From the human T2T-CHM13v2.0 reference genome, Homo sapiens, in NCBI RefSeq assembly GCF_009914755.1, contig NC_060932.1: a stretch of 64,000 nucleotides of DNA. One strand, 5' to 3'. Positions 1 to 14,513 of this stretch are shown piece after piece (position 1 is the stretch's first letter; the number at the start of each line of letters is the position of its first letter). Position numbers and translations under genes: made by a program. The notes beneath the pieces were generated by a model. It was not told the DNA's origin. It ran no database searches and saw only the letters and a program-made list of their open reading frames with translations.

Positions 1-287
1 TTTGATCGTGTGGAGAGAGTGAGATGATAGATAACGAGACTGGAAAGGTGAGTGGGGGGAAGGGGTGAGGATGAAGAGAACTGGGTTAAAGGATGCAAAT
101 ATACAGTAAGATGGCATAAATTCAATGCTTAATAGCAGAGTACGGTGGCAATGCTTAACCAAAATATATTGTAGTCAGTTGGTGGGCACCCTAAATACCC
201 TGACTTGATCACTACATATTATAGACATGTAAGAAAATGGTTCACATACCCCATAAACTTGTACAAATAAAAAATAAATAAATAAAT
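1..287 (+). mobile_element. L1 3' end (L1MA/L1PB-type) with A-rich tail
   Basis: CCCTAAATACCCTGACTTGATCA...ACATGTAA...CCCCATAAA 3'UTR motif followed by an (AAAT)n tail. Confidence 0.8.
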
Positions 288-727
288 TGAAGGTGCCAAG
301 GATGGCTGGATCAGCAAGAATTAATGCGAGAATGATCACAATTTAACAAAGCTGGGGACTCCTAGGAAACCCGTAAGGGACAGTTAAAGATGTGGACAAA
401 CTAGACTGTGATGACTCTTTTGCTTCTGATGTGCCAGATTTGATCTTAAATAGAGTGTCTGTGCAAGCCTGGACATTAAATTCTGGGTGCCTTACAGACC
501 TCCGGATGATTATGCGATTTGCTGACACCTGCAAGATAGTCTCATACTTGAGGGTTGGTGATACCCGTGTGAGTATTTCACTGTGGCAAGAGGTACAAAC
601 AAGGGAGCGAACTGCATGGACACCCATCTCCCTTCTCTTGCTAGGTAGATAATGGAGAATGCTGGCGAAATTAAGTCTGAAACTGCTGGATTTGCTCTCA
701 AGAACATTTTCTAATTCTTTGGCTTCA

Positions 728-1083
<356 letters not shown>

Positions 1084-1239
1084 GTAACGGCATTTGAATT
1101 CTCTCTCTTAACCTAGCAGGACATAGGAAAGGAAGATTGCCTAGAAGAAAGCCTGAGTGTCCTCAGTGGGCACAATGTTTCACTAGGAAAACAGTGTGAC
1201 AGTGATTTTAAAAAAATGTAAAGGTCTTTCCTCCATTCA

Positions 1240-2440
1240 GCAGTCATTCTGCTATTAATTGTTGAGTATCTATTGTACCATTCAGTGTTCTAGGCTGTGT
1301 AATTATAACTGTAGACGTGAAAAATATGGTTCCTGTCTCCCTGGCATTTACCCTCAAATAAGACACATGCCAGACAGACAGAAGACAGAAAATGAACAAA
1401 TGTATACACAAATAAACAGAATTCTTACTTAGAGTTATGACTGATGTTAAGAAAACAAAATGGACTGACTGGAAGGAAGATTTGTCAGATAATGTTGGTA
1501 AGGGAAGGCTTCTCATTGCAGGTGATAACTGAGCTGCTACATGAATGAAAAAAGAAGACAATCATTTGGAGCTGGGAAGAAGATTCTGGTCATAGGACAT
1601 GCAAGTGAAAAGGCCCTGCTTGAAATAGGAGACAAAAGGGAAGGCTAGAATGTGTGAGACATCCTGAGAGATGAGGGTGTGTTATAAAATGAGGTTGGGG
1701 GTTAGAAAGCAGGAACTAGGTATTGTAAGAATTTCCAGTTTGCCCCAAATACAGTGGAAGCCACTGGAGAGATTCAAGCAGAAGAATTTCATGATATAAA
1801 TTACAAATTTTTTTTTAAAAATTATAGTTTCAGTTTTAAAAGCCCACTGTCAAGTATCAATAATTATGCGTCCAGTTTGAGGTTTGAGAAATGATTATTT
1901 CTGAATCTAGGATGATGGAAGTGGATGGATTTGTGACATGTTTTGAGTCAGAAAAGAAAGGCTTTGCTGATAGATTCAATGTAAGGATTAAGGAAAAGGA
2001 CAAATTAGCTCTTCCCTTTAAGAAAGTTAGTGGATGATGGTGCCATTTGCTGATACAGGGCAGAATAGAAGAGGGAATCAAAGGTTCCACTCCAAGCATG
2101 TTGCTTGGAGTTAACATTTAAGTTGATAGTTGTCTATAAGAGTCTGTAGTGGTTATCAAACTCTATAGACACTGAATATGAAAATTTGGTGGGCATTAGC
2201 ATATATATGTTATATAAAGCCATGGGATTGGAGGATCACTAGGGAAAATGTATTCAGTTGGAACACAGTTGGAAGGAACCAAGACCAGATTGTTGTATAG
2301 AACAAGGAGCAGGCCAAGTAGGTGAGTGGAAGAGGAAGAGAAGAAACAAGGTGAAGGAAGGAAAGAGTAGTTTTAAGAAGAGTGTAGAGGAGAATTAGGA
2401 ATGATTGAAGCAGCTGCCCTGTGGGGTTGGATCTAAGGAA
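1240..2440 (-). mobile_element. L2 fragment(s)
   Basis: Typical L2 reverse-strand motifs (TTGAGTATCTATTGT..TGTTCTAGG, GGAAGCCACTGGAGAGATTCAAGCAG); boundaries approximate. Confidence 0.7.
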
Positions 2441-3613
2441 TACAAATGGGTAAAGATTTGGTTTTCTGTGTGGCATACTGTCTAAGCTCCTCCCTAGTGC
2501 TCCCAAAAGATATATAGAGAAAACATTCATGATTTTTCAGGTATTTTGTGTGGACTCACATTTACTTTCCTCATGAATGCGTGGCAAAGTAGAGACTGGT
2601 TACAAGGTTATAGCTCAGTTGCTCGAAAGTTATTTCACTTAATTCACCAGATAGCCTTGTAAAACAAGTACTACTAGCACTCCCATTTTATGCTTGCCTA
2701 TAAGATAGAATCGCTTTTGGATCTGAATTTATAATACCTAAAGGTTTTAAAAAATTATTTTCTTTTACCTTAGGGCTGCCCAGGAACTAAAACTAAAATC
2801 ACAGATTTAATTTTTAAAGATTATTTGTCGCATCTTTATTTACTCAGAGAAAACAAAAAAAGAAATGGAGGGAGGAAGCACCTGTTTTTTTCTCTTGATT
2901 CTTGGCTCAAAAAACAGAGACCCTCATAGACTATACATCCAATCAAACAACCTGAATAGCTCTCCAAGAGCATAGGTCAAAGCTTTTATCTTTTTAGGTG
3001 GCTGTTCAAGGTTTTTTTTTTTTTGCTAAACTGAGTGTAATATAATCCTTGATGCTTCTATCAGAGGGATCCTGGGCTGAATAGCCAGGCAGTGTGTCAT
3101 CTCTCTGTGGGGTTTCCATATCCCTGACCCCGTGTTCCAGATGTCTTACCTTGAAAGTTGGTTCTTACTTAGCATTTCAGATAGTTTTTTCCTTCTAGGT
3201 GCTATTTTAGTTCACAATGTAATATCATCATATTAACTAATGACCTTGGCTGTTACCAACTTAGATCATTTATAAAGGTAAGCTTAATATATACTCTGAT
3301 AATTACATATAACTTTCTACTTGAAATTTTATAGTAATCCAGATTCATAAGCAATATTTTATAGCACACTTGCACCAGAAATAGAATAAAGTTTTTAAGC
3401 AGCTATGTTTCACCTTCAAAGAGTTGAGACTTACCTCATAAACTTCTCTCTGCCACCTAAAGATCATGTAAGTTGCCCAAGGTCACAGCTAAGAAATAGC
3501 AGTTAGGACTAACATTCAGACATTTCTGATTCCAGAGCCTTTGCTTTCGAACTTTCTGGCATGCTAAGTGCTCAACTCATGTTAGTCCCTTCCTAGTATG
3601 CGGTAAATGAATA

Positions 3614-4021
3614 CGGTAGCCTCCCCTTATCCACAGTTTTGCATTCTGAGGATTCAGTTACCCGTGATCAACCCCAGCCTGAAAATATTGAAGGTAAAAT
3701 TCCAGAAACAATTTGTAAGTTTCAAATTGCGTGCCATTCTGAGTAGCATGCTGAAATCTCATGCTCTTGCTATCTCTCAGCTACTAGGAAACTGATGGGC
3801 AGGTGACCACATTCACAGAGTTTTTATTATAGCATATTGTTATAATTATTATATTTTATTATTAGATACTGTTATTATTCTCACTGTGCCTAATTTATAA
3901 ATTAAACGTTGTCATAGGCATGTATGTATAGGAAAACACATAGCACAATATGCATAGGTCATAGGGTTTAGTACTATCCACAGTTTCAGGCATCCATTGG
4001 GAATCAAGGGGGGATATACTG
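3614..4021. mobile_element. MER44/Tigger7-derived DNA transposon (MITE)
   Basis: Starts after TA with CGGTAGCCTCCCCTTATCCACAG; ends AAGGGGGGATATACTG (TIR pair); internal motifs match MER44. Confidence 0.8.
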
Positions 4022-6261
4022 CATTTGTGAATGAAATAAATCAATAATTAGAGATTCTGAATTGTAGTTATACGTCTGTAATATACTGATCTTTAAGAAA
4101 AAAGTATATGAATATTATAGGTTTTATCACCTATACCATGGAAATAAATATTCTCTATTTGCCAGAATATGCCATCAATAAATACATTTTTGAAAAAAGC
4201 TCATGTAACTCTAGAGAAATTTTTGGAGTGCTAAATCACATTACATTAACTTAAACACATGTTACTTTTGTGCAAAGCTTGTTGTCAGGAGAAGCAGAAA
4301 AATCATTAGGACTTTGACAATCACATAGTCTAACAACCACTCCTCGCTAACACACACACAAACTTTTTGTCAGATAATTACGCTGAAAGTGACTTACCCA
4401 CAGTCACTTAGTTAACTAGTGACAGAATTAGAACCAAAACTCAAATTTTCTAACTTGAGTTTTTGTAATCTTTCTATTATACAGCACTTTTCAATCATTA
4501 CTATTGTCAATTCTACCTGCTATTTTGGATATGCGATATATTTGAAAACATAAATTAAGCATATGGACTATTTATTATTCATATTTCCCCACCACCCCCA
4601 GCCTCATTAGACAAAAGCCTTTTTCGATGAGTTAACAAACCTTTTTTTTTTTCAAGAATATATGCAAATTGGATGTCTCAGAGTTTTACTTTAGAGACTG
4701 TTAGGCCGATTCTACAAATATGCTAAACACAAAGGAAAAGTTGATAAAGTAATTTTCACCTGCAATACAGAAAATACTCTCAATATTATTGTTTATTCAA
4801 CTGACAACCTAAGTCTAGCATTGTGCAAAGCATTACAATTCTCATAAACATTTGGTGGGAGGGAATAGCATCAAAATTTGTCCTGACTTCTTGTGCTTCC
4901 TGCAACCCACAGGATAATGCTCATTAGAAAGTTTCCTTTTGTCCTTTCATGCCGAATAATAAATTTATATATTCTGTGTTTCTATATACTATTGCTATGA
5001 TTATGACAGATTTCTGAATAATTTTCATTACCAATTACTCTCAACCTCAGGTGAACTGAGAAAATCATTTCATCATAGGCTAAGACACTCCTTTATGTAA
5101 AGGTAGAAAGGAATTACTTTATTATGAAGTGACACAGTAGAATGCAATAAAGCAATTTGTGATCAGTTTGAATGAGATGAGTAAGAAAGAAAACAAAATC
5201 TTTGGCACTGGGAGTGTCTGCCTCTTACTTTGATATCTTTTCTAATACTGCAGAAGCAAGTTGGGTCACTTCTCCTCCTCCCAGGCTGTTCATTTACCAT
5301 CTGTCAGTGTTGAAAAAATACAAAGAATACTGTGCAATTATTTTCTTTATGAAAAACATGAATGCACACTTTCCTAGAGCTAAAACTTTCTTAGAACAGC
5401 ATAACCAGCTGCAAACTCTGCTTCTAGAAAGTCAATGTAATACTTTCTGGATCTCTTAGTACTTATTTCTTCCAAAAGCACCTTATCAAGAACAAGACAG
5501 CATATATCCATATAGTTAAACACTTTGCAAGTGTTGAAAAAATGCAAGATGTCCAATATATTTTGTTAAGTTAAAAAAAAAAGGCATAGAAGAAAATGTT
5601 ATGTTATTCAGTAAATAGAATACCATTTCTATAAACACACATGCATACACACACACATACATATAATAAATCATTTTGGGAACAGGAATGAATTTGTTTC
5701 ACAACAGTGGAGGCAATGAAACTTTCTTTCTTTCTTTTTCTCTTCTGCCTGGTAGAAAGTTCAGTCTCAGTAATATTTTGAGTTTTCCTCTTCTTTCCTT
5801 AGATTATTTTAGAGGTCTAGGGGCTTAAAAGTCATGAAAATTGGAAACAAATTCTGTCCCTGCTTCTATAATGACTACTAAGGAGATGAACCTTGCCCAA
5901 GTCTAGGTATTTTGGAGAATAAGTAGCTTTGTTGTTCATAGAATTCTCTCCTTCCAAGTCCACTCAGCCACCAGGAAATTTGTTAGGCTCCAAACATCAG
6001 GGCCCTTACAACTCCTTTCCATTCCCCTCATGAGTCTCTCCTGTATGGCTTCTGCATGTCTTCAGGCACTGTGTGGCACTGGTCTAGCACTTTATCAGCT
6101 ACTGAATCTAGCATCTTCCCTTTATCTGTTTCATTGAACCCAACCCCTTTCTTCAGAGGTCTGCCACTCATTTCTTACTCAATTCTATTGATTCTTTCTT
6201 TTTCCCTGGCTCCTAGGAGACTATGAAATCTAAGCCTTTAGGATAAGAATATCCCTTCTTA

Positions 6262-8400
6262 AATACAAATGCACATACAGTTATGAACAAAATTATTCAT
6301 TGCAGAAGTATTTATTCTAGCAAAATATTATAAATAACTTAAATGCCTAGTAGAAGACTGATTAAATAAACTATGGAAAATCAGTACAATGGAATAATAT
6401 ACTGCTATGCAAAAGCATGAGTTGATCTCTATGAAGTGATAGGAAGTGATTTCAAGGATAGACTGTCAGGTGAACAAAGTAAGATGCACATGCGCGTATA
6501 CAGAAAGATTAAAAACCATGAATATATAGTGTGAGTTGGTAGATGCTGCTAATTTCACCAAAAAAAAAAAAAAATGAATGCCTAAACTAGATAGTTTAGA
6601 CTATGCAACAACAATAACTGTTACCTATAGGGGTAAAGAATGTGGTAGAAGGGATAGAGATAAGAATGAAATGTCTCTAATATATTTTTAAATATAGTTT
6701 AACATTTGAAACATATAAATATTTTTAAATTAAAAGAATCAAATCTGAAAAGATGTGAAAACCTAACCATATAATTGAATACAAACAGAAACAAATAAAC
6801 CTAATTTTTAATCAAATTGATAGTATAATCACACAGAAAAAATATTAAGCTACTAACAAACACAGCTTCTATATTCTATACCCTTAATGGAATATAGTCT
6901 AAAGAAATAAAAACTGGGAAAGAAATTTTAAACTCTACATCGTGGGTTTTTTGCTTGTAGTGCCATTAGAGTACTAATCTGAAATGTTTTCATACATGAT
7001 AGAAAACACTAGTAAAAAGAATGATATTTGAGAATCAGGTTCCTCACTATGGGGAAAAAAGAGATATGAATATGGAATGGGGAGGAGATGAAGAAGAACT
7101 CTAACTGGAGCCACCCATATGAACTCATGATGTTTTCAAAGATAAATATTCTAACTGGTTGCTCAAAGAACCTAGAAGCCATAACATCCTAGCAGCAATG
7201 AGTACACCTAGTGCCAAGATCTTGGTTTCTAAATACCACTCCTATCTAGAAGAAAACAAGACTGCTAGAAAAGATGCTTGATTTCAAGTGTAGGCAGGGA
7301 AAATTCAGAGTACACCTAGAAAATCCTGCACTAAAGCACTCCAAGAATGATGCAGTCATGTGCACAAGAAACAAAAGTCAGCCTATGGGCTTTCATTGGC
7401 CAAATTGCCTATAATTTCAGCATGAAAAGGAATAATGACAGTAATAGATTATAACACATTGAACAAAGAAAGAATCCGTGAGATCGCCCCAAAATGTGCG
7501 GGAGACAGAAGGTAAATCTTTTATTTAAATAAGAATGACAACTAATAAATGTGAAAGGAATGAAAAAATTAGGTGATCATCCTTTTGCTCGAACACCAAG
7601 ATTGGGGCATTATGGAGGGACAAGAAGTTCACATGTTTCAAAATATACCACAGAGTATTTCCTGGTTGCAAAAGGAAAACAAGGAGATATGCTCTCACAG
7701 TTCCAAATAATCAAAGTAAATATTACTAATAATGAGACAAACAGACATTATGTGCCTTCTGATGTGATGCAATGCAGAATCCAAGAAGTGCCTCTGTAGT
7801 ATTCTTGCCGAAAATGTTTAACTTGAATATAATAATGAGTCTATTGGGCTAATCCAGAATTGAAGGCATCCTATGCGTCAATTCATCTGGATTTCTGGAT
7901 TCTTCAAAAATGTCAGCATCATGTAAAACAAACAAAAAGGCAAGGGGCTGTACTAGATTAAAGGAGACCAAAGTTAGATGGCAAATAGATGCCAAATGTG
8001 ATTCTTAATTGGATTCTAATTCAGGGCTGTAGGCAGGAAAGGGACAGCTGAGAGATGTTTGGGGACTACTGTCTATCAGATGATAGTACTCTGTCATTGT
8101 CAGTTTGAGAGTGTGGCAATGCTGTGTTTATGCAAGAAAATGTCCTTGTTCTAAGGGGACATATGCTGAAATATAAAGGGGTCAAGTGTTGTCAAAATAC
8201 TTGTATATCTGCAACTTACTTTCAAATAATTAGGCAAAGTAAATATATGTGAGAGAAATAAAGTAAATGTTGCAAGATGTCAATAACTGGTGGATTCAGG
8301 TTGATATTGTGTGGGTATTCACTGTGCCTCTCTGTAGGTTGGAAATTTTTGAAAATAAAAAGTTTAGTGTAACAAATTTTAAATAAAAAATAAAAGTAAA
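6262..8400 (+). mobile_element. Ancient L1M (L1MC/MD/ME) 3' fragments
   Basis: Degenerate ORF2 C-terminal/3'UTR motifs (TAAATAAACTATGG..ACAATGGAATAATAT; TATCTGCAACTTACTTTCAAAT); probably several pieces. Confidence 0.6.
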
Positions 8401-8746
8401 ATTAAAATGACTAAAGATAAAATTTTAAAATTTGAAAGTGAAAAGATAGGAAGACTCAGTTGTTTTGGGATGGTGGCAATGACAGATTGAAGTGCTCAGA
8501 TGGAGAAAACCACTTCTCTTATTTTTATTCTTATCCAACAGCTGAATATTACATAGAGCTAATTTCCCTGTGAGATTATTCTGCTACACTAATACATACA
8601 GGAAAAAGAAAAAACTCTTAAAGCTTTTGCACAAAACCACAGATAAATAAAGGATATGAGAATGTGTGTGTGTTGTGGGAGGGGGCGTTCATGTGTGTTG
8701 GGGTGGCAGGTAGAATGAATATGGAATTCTTCCACCAACTAAGTCA

Positions 8747-8937
8747 CAGGTTGGCCAACTACTGCCTGTAGGCCATCCAGCTCGCTGTTTTTATAAATAG
8801 AGTTTATTAGAATACACCCATGCTCATTCACTTATACCTTGTCTGTGGTTGCTTTCATGCTACAAAGGCAGATTTAAATAGCCATCACAGAGACCATATG
8901 ACCTGCAAAGCCAAAAATATTTACTATCTGGCCCCTG
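8747..8937. mobile_element. MER58A hAT-Charlie MITE
   Basis: CAGGTTGGCCAACTAC...GAGACCATATGACCTGCAAAGCCAAAAATATTTACTATCTGGCCC. Confidence 0.85.
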
Positions 8938-9017
8938 ATCTAAGTCATACCTGTGCATATTTGAAGTTTTGACAGATTGAATATGTTTTTGCTTCACAAT
9001 AAAAAAAAAAAATAGAA

Positions 9018-9408
<391 letters not shown>

Positions 9409-10053
9409 TCAAGGTTTGGCTTTTCCAGACTTCCTTTATGAAGGATATATAAGTTGGCTTTCTAGAAAGAGGAAAGGTATAAATGAAATAAGCACATAAA
9501 TAACAGAAATACTGGAGTATTCATTTAAAATAGTACATTAGGACAGATGGGCAAAGTGTTTGATAAGATTTATTTTACATTGCTCAGTGCTTATAAAAAC
9601 TATGAGCTTACTTTTCCAGGAATCATAAAACAAATTTGCTGAATCATTTGCTAATTCCACTGGCGCCTTGGGAGAAATGTGTCAAGTATTTTGGAGTTTT
9701 TAAAATTCAGGTTCAGAAAGGTTAAGTAGCTTGCCAAGCAACACAGCACAGCTCAGCAAATTACTGGAAAGAAAAAAAAAAAAAACAGGAAGCCATATAC
9801 TTGAATCTTGGTTTAACTTACCCATACAAAAGTCAAGAAATTCCTCTGGGACCTTTACATGAGCTAGAACTTTCTGTGTTTTAGAAAGGAGAAAGCACTG
9901 GCTATCACCTGGAAAATGTGTGTTACTAACTAGTTTTAGAGGATTAGCTCTGCCCGCTTTAAGAAGGTAACCAAGCCTAGTTGGTAACCATGGATTTAAA
10001 AAGGTTTCTGGATTCCAAATAAAAGAAATCAAGATTGTTCTGATCCTCTAATG

Positions 10054-10414
10054 TAGCTGTCCCCAACCTTTTTGGGACCAGGGACCAGTTTCATGGAAGA
10101 CAATTTTTCCAAGGACCGTGCCGGGGGATGAAGTGGTGGGGGGTCCTGGGGGGCTGGTTTTGGGATAAAACTGTTACACTTTACATCATCAAGAATTAGA
10201 CTCTCATAAGGAGTGCATAACCTAAATTCCTTGCATGCACAGTTCACAATAGGGTTCGCACTGCTATGAGAATCTAATGCTCCAGCTGATCTGATAGGAG
10301 GCGGAGCTCAGGCAGTAATGCTCCTTGCCCGCAGCTCACCTCCTGCTATGCAGCCATGTTCCTAACAGACCAAAGACCAGTACCCATTTGCGGCCCAGGG
10401 GTTGGGTACCCTAG
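10054..10414. mobile_element. MER1B hAT-Charlie element
   Basis: GTCCCCAACCTTTTTGG...GGGGTTGGGTACCC termini; 8-bp TSD CTCTAATG / CTGTAATG. Confidence 0.9.
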
Positions 10415-11016
10415 CTGTAATGCAGTGCATCATTGTTTTGATGAAAAGCAGACAACAGATTATCTCACCACTCAGCAATTTCTTCCTTAAAGAAACAAGG
10501 ACTAAAGTGAGTGGAAAGCTCAAGTCTGTTTCACTACTTTTCTTAGGTGTGTGGAAATGGAAGAATTGGCGACACCCCTCACCTTATTGCCCTCTTCCAC
10601 ACAGCTTTCATCCCTGGCAGGCATGGGAAAAAGGAAAGCACAAGCACTTTGCTTTTATTCTCTTTTTTTAAAAGTCTAGCCTCAACTTCATCCTGTAAGG
10701 AACTCCACAACATGAATTGTACAGCAGAGCTTGCTCTGCCCAGACACAAGGTAGCTGTACTGTTGCACCTCACATCAATCAGTCACTGGCTATGGGCTGT
10801 ATCACCTTCTGGGTGATCCAAGCAAGTTGATTTATATAAGCTTATGTGGCTCCCATCAGCCCATGGCAATCCTCTAAGAAGAGGCAAATATAAGCTATTA
10901 TCAGCAGCTGAGATAAAGTTACGCTATCCTGATTAAGGAGATCTGAACAGGGCACCAACAGCATCTATATCAGTAGCAAAATAGCCACTAAACATATTAA
11001 AGTGTGCTTATGCTCA

Positions 11017-11362
<346 letters not shown>

Positions 11363-11384
11363 AACAGTGAGACGCCATATGCTC

Positions 11385-11735
11385 TATATGCATTAAAAAG
11401 AATGTATATTCTGCTGTTATTAAGTGTAGGGTTCTATAAATGTCAATTAAGCCAAGTTGATCGTTTTTCATCTCTATATCTTTTCTCCCTCACTGTCTGT
11501 TTGTTCAATCAATTACTGAGGAAAGAGTATTAAAATGCTCAATTATGATTGGGTTCTTTTCTATTTGTTTTTCTATTTCTGACATTTTTGCTTCATATAC
11601 TTTGAAATTTTTTATTAGATGCATACATATCAATGACTGATGCATTTTTAATGGATTAACCCTTTTGTCATTATGGCATGTTTTTCTTTATCTCTAGCTC
11701 TACTTCTTGTTTGGAAGTTTTCTTTGTGAGATATT
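11385..11735 (-). mobile_element. Old L1M ORF2 (endonuclease region) fragment
   Basis: AAGAATGTATATTCTGCTGTT..GTTCTATAAATGTCAATT antisense L1 motif. Confidence 0.7.
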
Positions 11736-11792
11736 GATTGATTAATTAATCATATTTCCAGATTAAAGAAATTATTTTTTTAAAGAATAAAT

Positions 11793-12100
11793 GAAAAGAA
11801 AGAAAAGAAGGAAATGGAAGGAAGGAAGGAAGGAGAGAAGGAGGGAGAGAAGAATGGAGAGAGAGGGAGGGAGGGAGGGAGGAAAGAAGGAAGGAAGGAG
11901 GGAAGGAGGGAGAGAAGGATGGAAAGAGAGAGAGGGAAGGAAGGAAGGAAGGAAAGGGAAGGAAGGGAAGGAGAAAGGGAGGGAGGGAAGGAAGGAAGGG
12001 AGGGAGGGAGGGAAGGAACGAAGGGAGGGAGGGAGGGAGGGAATGAAGGAAGGAAGGAAGGAAGGAAGGAAGGAAGGAAGGAAGGAAGGAAGGAAGGAAG
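11793..12100 (+). repeat. Polypurine (GGAA/GGGA)n low-complexity tract
   Basis: ~300 bp almost purely A/G, ending in ~13 consecutive GGAA units. Confidence 0.95.
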
Positions 12101-14364
12101 ATTGATTCCTTGGCTCCTTCCTCCATATGTGTTGGCTACCTAGTGAGTAATACTTAGGCCTATGCTGACCCTGTGCAAACACCAATCTCAATATTATTCT
12201 TCAGGAAACTCACAGAGGCATTAAATAATAACCAATAAGTCCACCTTCTAGAAATCACGGTACATGGGCTCACTTAGAATTTGAGTCTATTCTAAGTTCC
12301 TCTTAAGTATACAGTATCCCAGACTTTATTTATTCTTTGTGACTGAGACTCCATCATGATACATCTTCATCTGAATACAGAGTCTCAAAATTCAGTTTTC
12401 AAAATAAGACAGTAGTAGGATTAGCATTTCTTTCTTTTAGAAAACTGGAGCTTTGGAGGAAAAGAGGTCAGGGTGGGCAGGTGGGGAGGTTGTATCTTAG
12501 CCATGCTCCATGCATTATAAGCAAATGTATGTCTTGATGAACTATTTTTCACATCTTTTTGTAAAAAGCTTGATAATATCCAAATTAGTTAGACTGGCCA
12601 GGCACACATCCAGGTTTCCTAATATGTGTACTTTTTTTAAATAAAAAGTACTTTGTAGTTGTTCTAAAACTATATAAACAATAAAAGGATTGTGAAAAGC
12701 AAATTTGTGTGGTATAATAATCTGGGGTGCGTTGTTTTTTAAAGTAATATTGTTGCTTTGACAGCCTTTTAATGCTGTTTTTGCTCTGACAACTTTATTT
12801 ACAATAGATTCAACTTTGCACCTGATATTTGTCAAAATCAAACCCTGAATCAGAACCTGGGTTTATCCAGGTTCCTCCAAAACTACACTAGACACATTCC
12901 TCATTAGGCATCTGTTTATTCCAAAACACATGCATACACAGGGGATAGAATTAGATAACACTTTTTTGGCTTACTAAATGGGTTAGACTTAGTAAATATG
13001 GTACTCGCTTTTCAACTGATTCTGCCATCTGTCAGCAAACTTATTGCTTTTAGCAGGGGTTTTTCTTGTGATAATTTACAAGTTGTTTTTCTTCCTTTGT
13101 TCTTTTCATGAAGATACATATCCTTAAAATTTAAGGGGGAAATAGCACATAAAATAAATTCATCCACAAAACAGAAAAGCAAAGACCAAATGGCTGCTGG
13201 AGAGTTAAATGGCTCATGAAATTTAACCACAGAAGATTTTTTTTTCTTCTTATGGGGATGGAAGGAGAGTGAGTCTCAACATTCTGCAGGTGACTTCTCA
13301 GTCCCAGCTCCAGCTGGGAGGCATCTGTACAAGAGAAAACAGCACACAGTGGAAGGAATTCATTTCTTAGCAAAAGATGCAAACAGGGAATCTAGTGGCA
13401 GGGGAGTCTCCAATAAAGCCACCTAGTTTTTGGTTCTGCCCTTCTGCCTTGATAATAATAGTTTACTTTTGCACAGTGCTTGCTCTATAACTTAAACTAG
13501 TAGCGGTTATTGTATTTTGTGTCTGCCACTTCCTAACTTGCCCTTGGGCAAGTTACTTAGCCTCTCTAAGCCTCAGTGTTCCTGAGAAACAAGTAGAATA
13601 ACATAATATGTTTGGTGTGGTGCCTGGCATTTATGATGTGTTTAAAAATTACCAGTAGCTAAAACTGACACATAGTCTTGTAAAAAGAATAAGCTCCTGG
13701 ATAGAACTATGTCTTATTCACTTTTAAACGTTTCGTGCTTTCCCCAGCACCCAGAACATAACAAGCAGTAACTATATGTTGAATGAATGGATAGATGGAT
13801 CAATGGGAGGAGGAATATGTAAGAAATCACATAATTTTCATTCTCAAAGCAAATCTATGAATCAAATATTATTTCCCACATCTTATAGATGAGAAAATTA
13901 GGACAAAAAGTTTCCATGACTCGCCAGTCTCTCAATATTAGTAAGTGAATTGAGACTCAAACCCAAGTCAGTCATTATTCTTGTTACTAAAGAGAAGCTC
14001 TTGCAATGTTACCAGAGTTCACATCTAATCAATTTTTCTGGTTTGCATACATACTTTTAACCAGATATTTTCCCCGTATAGTGACTACAAATTTAAAATG
14101 TAGTTAGAGAAGCTGAAATTTCCTTCCCGTTCTATTCTTTTAAGAAATCCACAAGTATAATTGTTACTATTTATTGACTGCCATGCAAAGTACATATTTT
14201 ATTTCTGTTCCCTACAACAATTTTAAAGGTTAGTAGGTATTATTGCTCACATTTCATGGGTGAGCAAACAGAAATTCAAAGAGGTTAGGTAACTTACTCA
14301 AAGTCTGCCTAAGAAATGCTAGAGCTGAGCTTGATCTGAGTTTTAAGGATTCTTTCCTCTATGC

Positions 14365-14513
14365 CAGTGCTTTCAAATTTTAATGTGAATACATCTGTTA
14401 AAAATGCAGATTCCAATTGTGTGGGTCTGATGTGGAACCAAAGATTCTGCATTTCTAACAAGCATCTAGGTGATGTCCATGCTGCTGGCCCATGGACCAT
14501 GATTTGAATAGCA
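14365..14513. mobile_element. MER5A1-like hAT MITE
   Basis: TGTTAAAAATGCAGATTCC..ATTCTGCATTTCTAACAAGC..GCTGCTGGCCCATGGACCA. Confidence 0.8.

Noticed and set aside
2131-2171. Small imperfect inverted repeat TGTCTATAAGAGT / ACTCTATAGACA (another at ~42503-42519)
   Set aside because: Short stems expected by chance or local template switching; no RNA-gene features
11746-12191. ORFs rich in LPSF or EGRK repeats
   Set aside because: Translations of the GGAA tract
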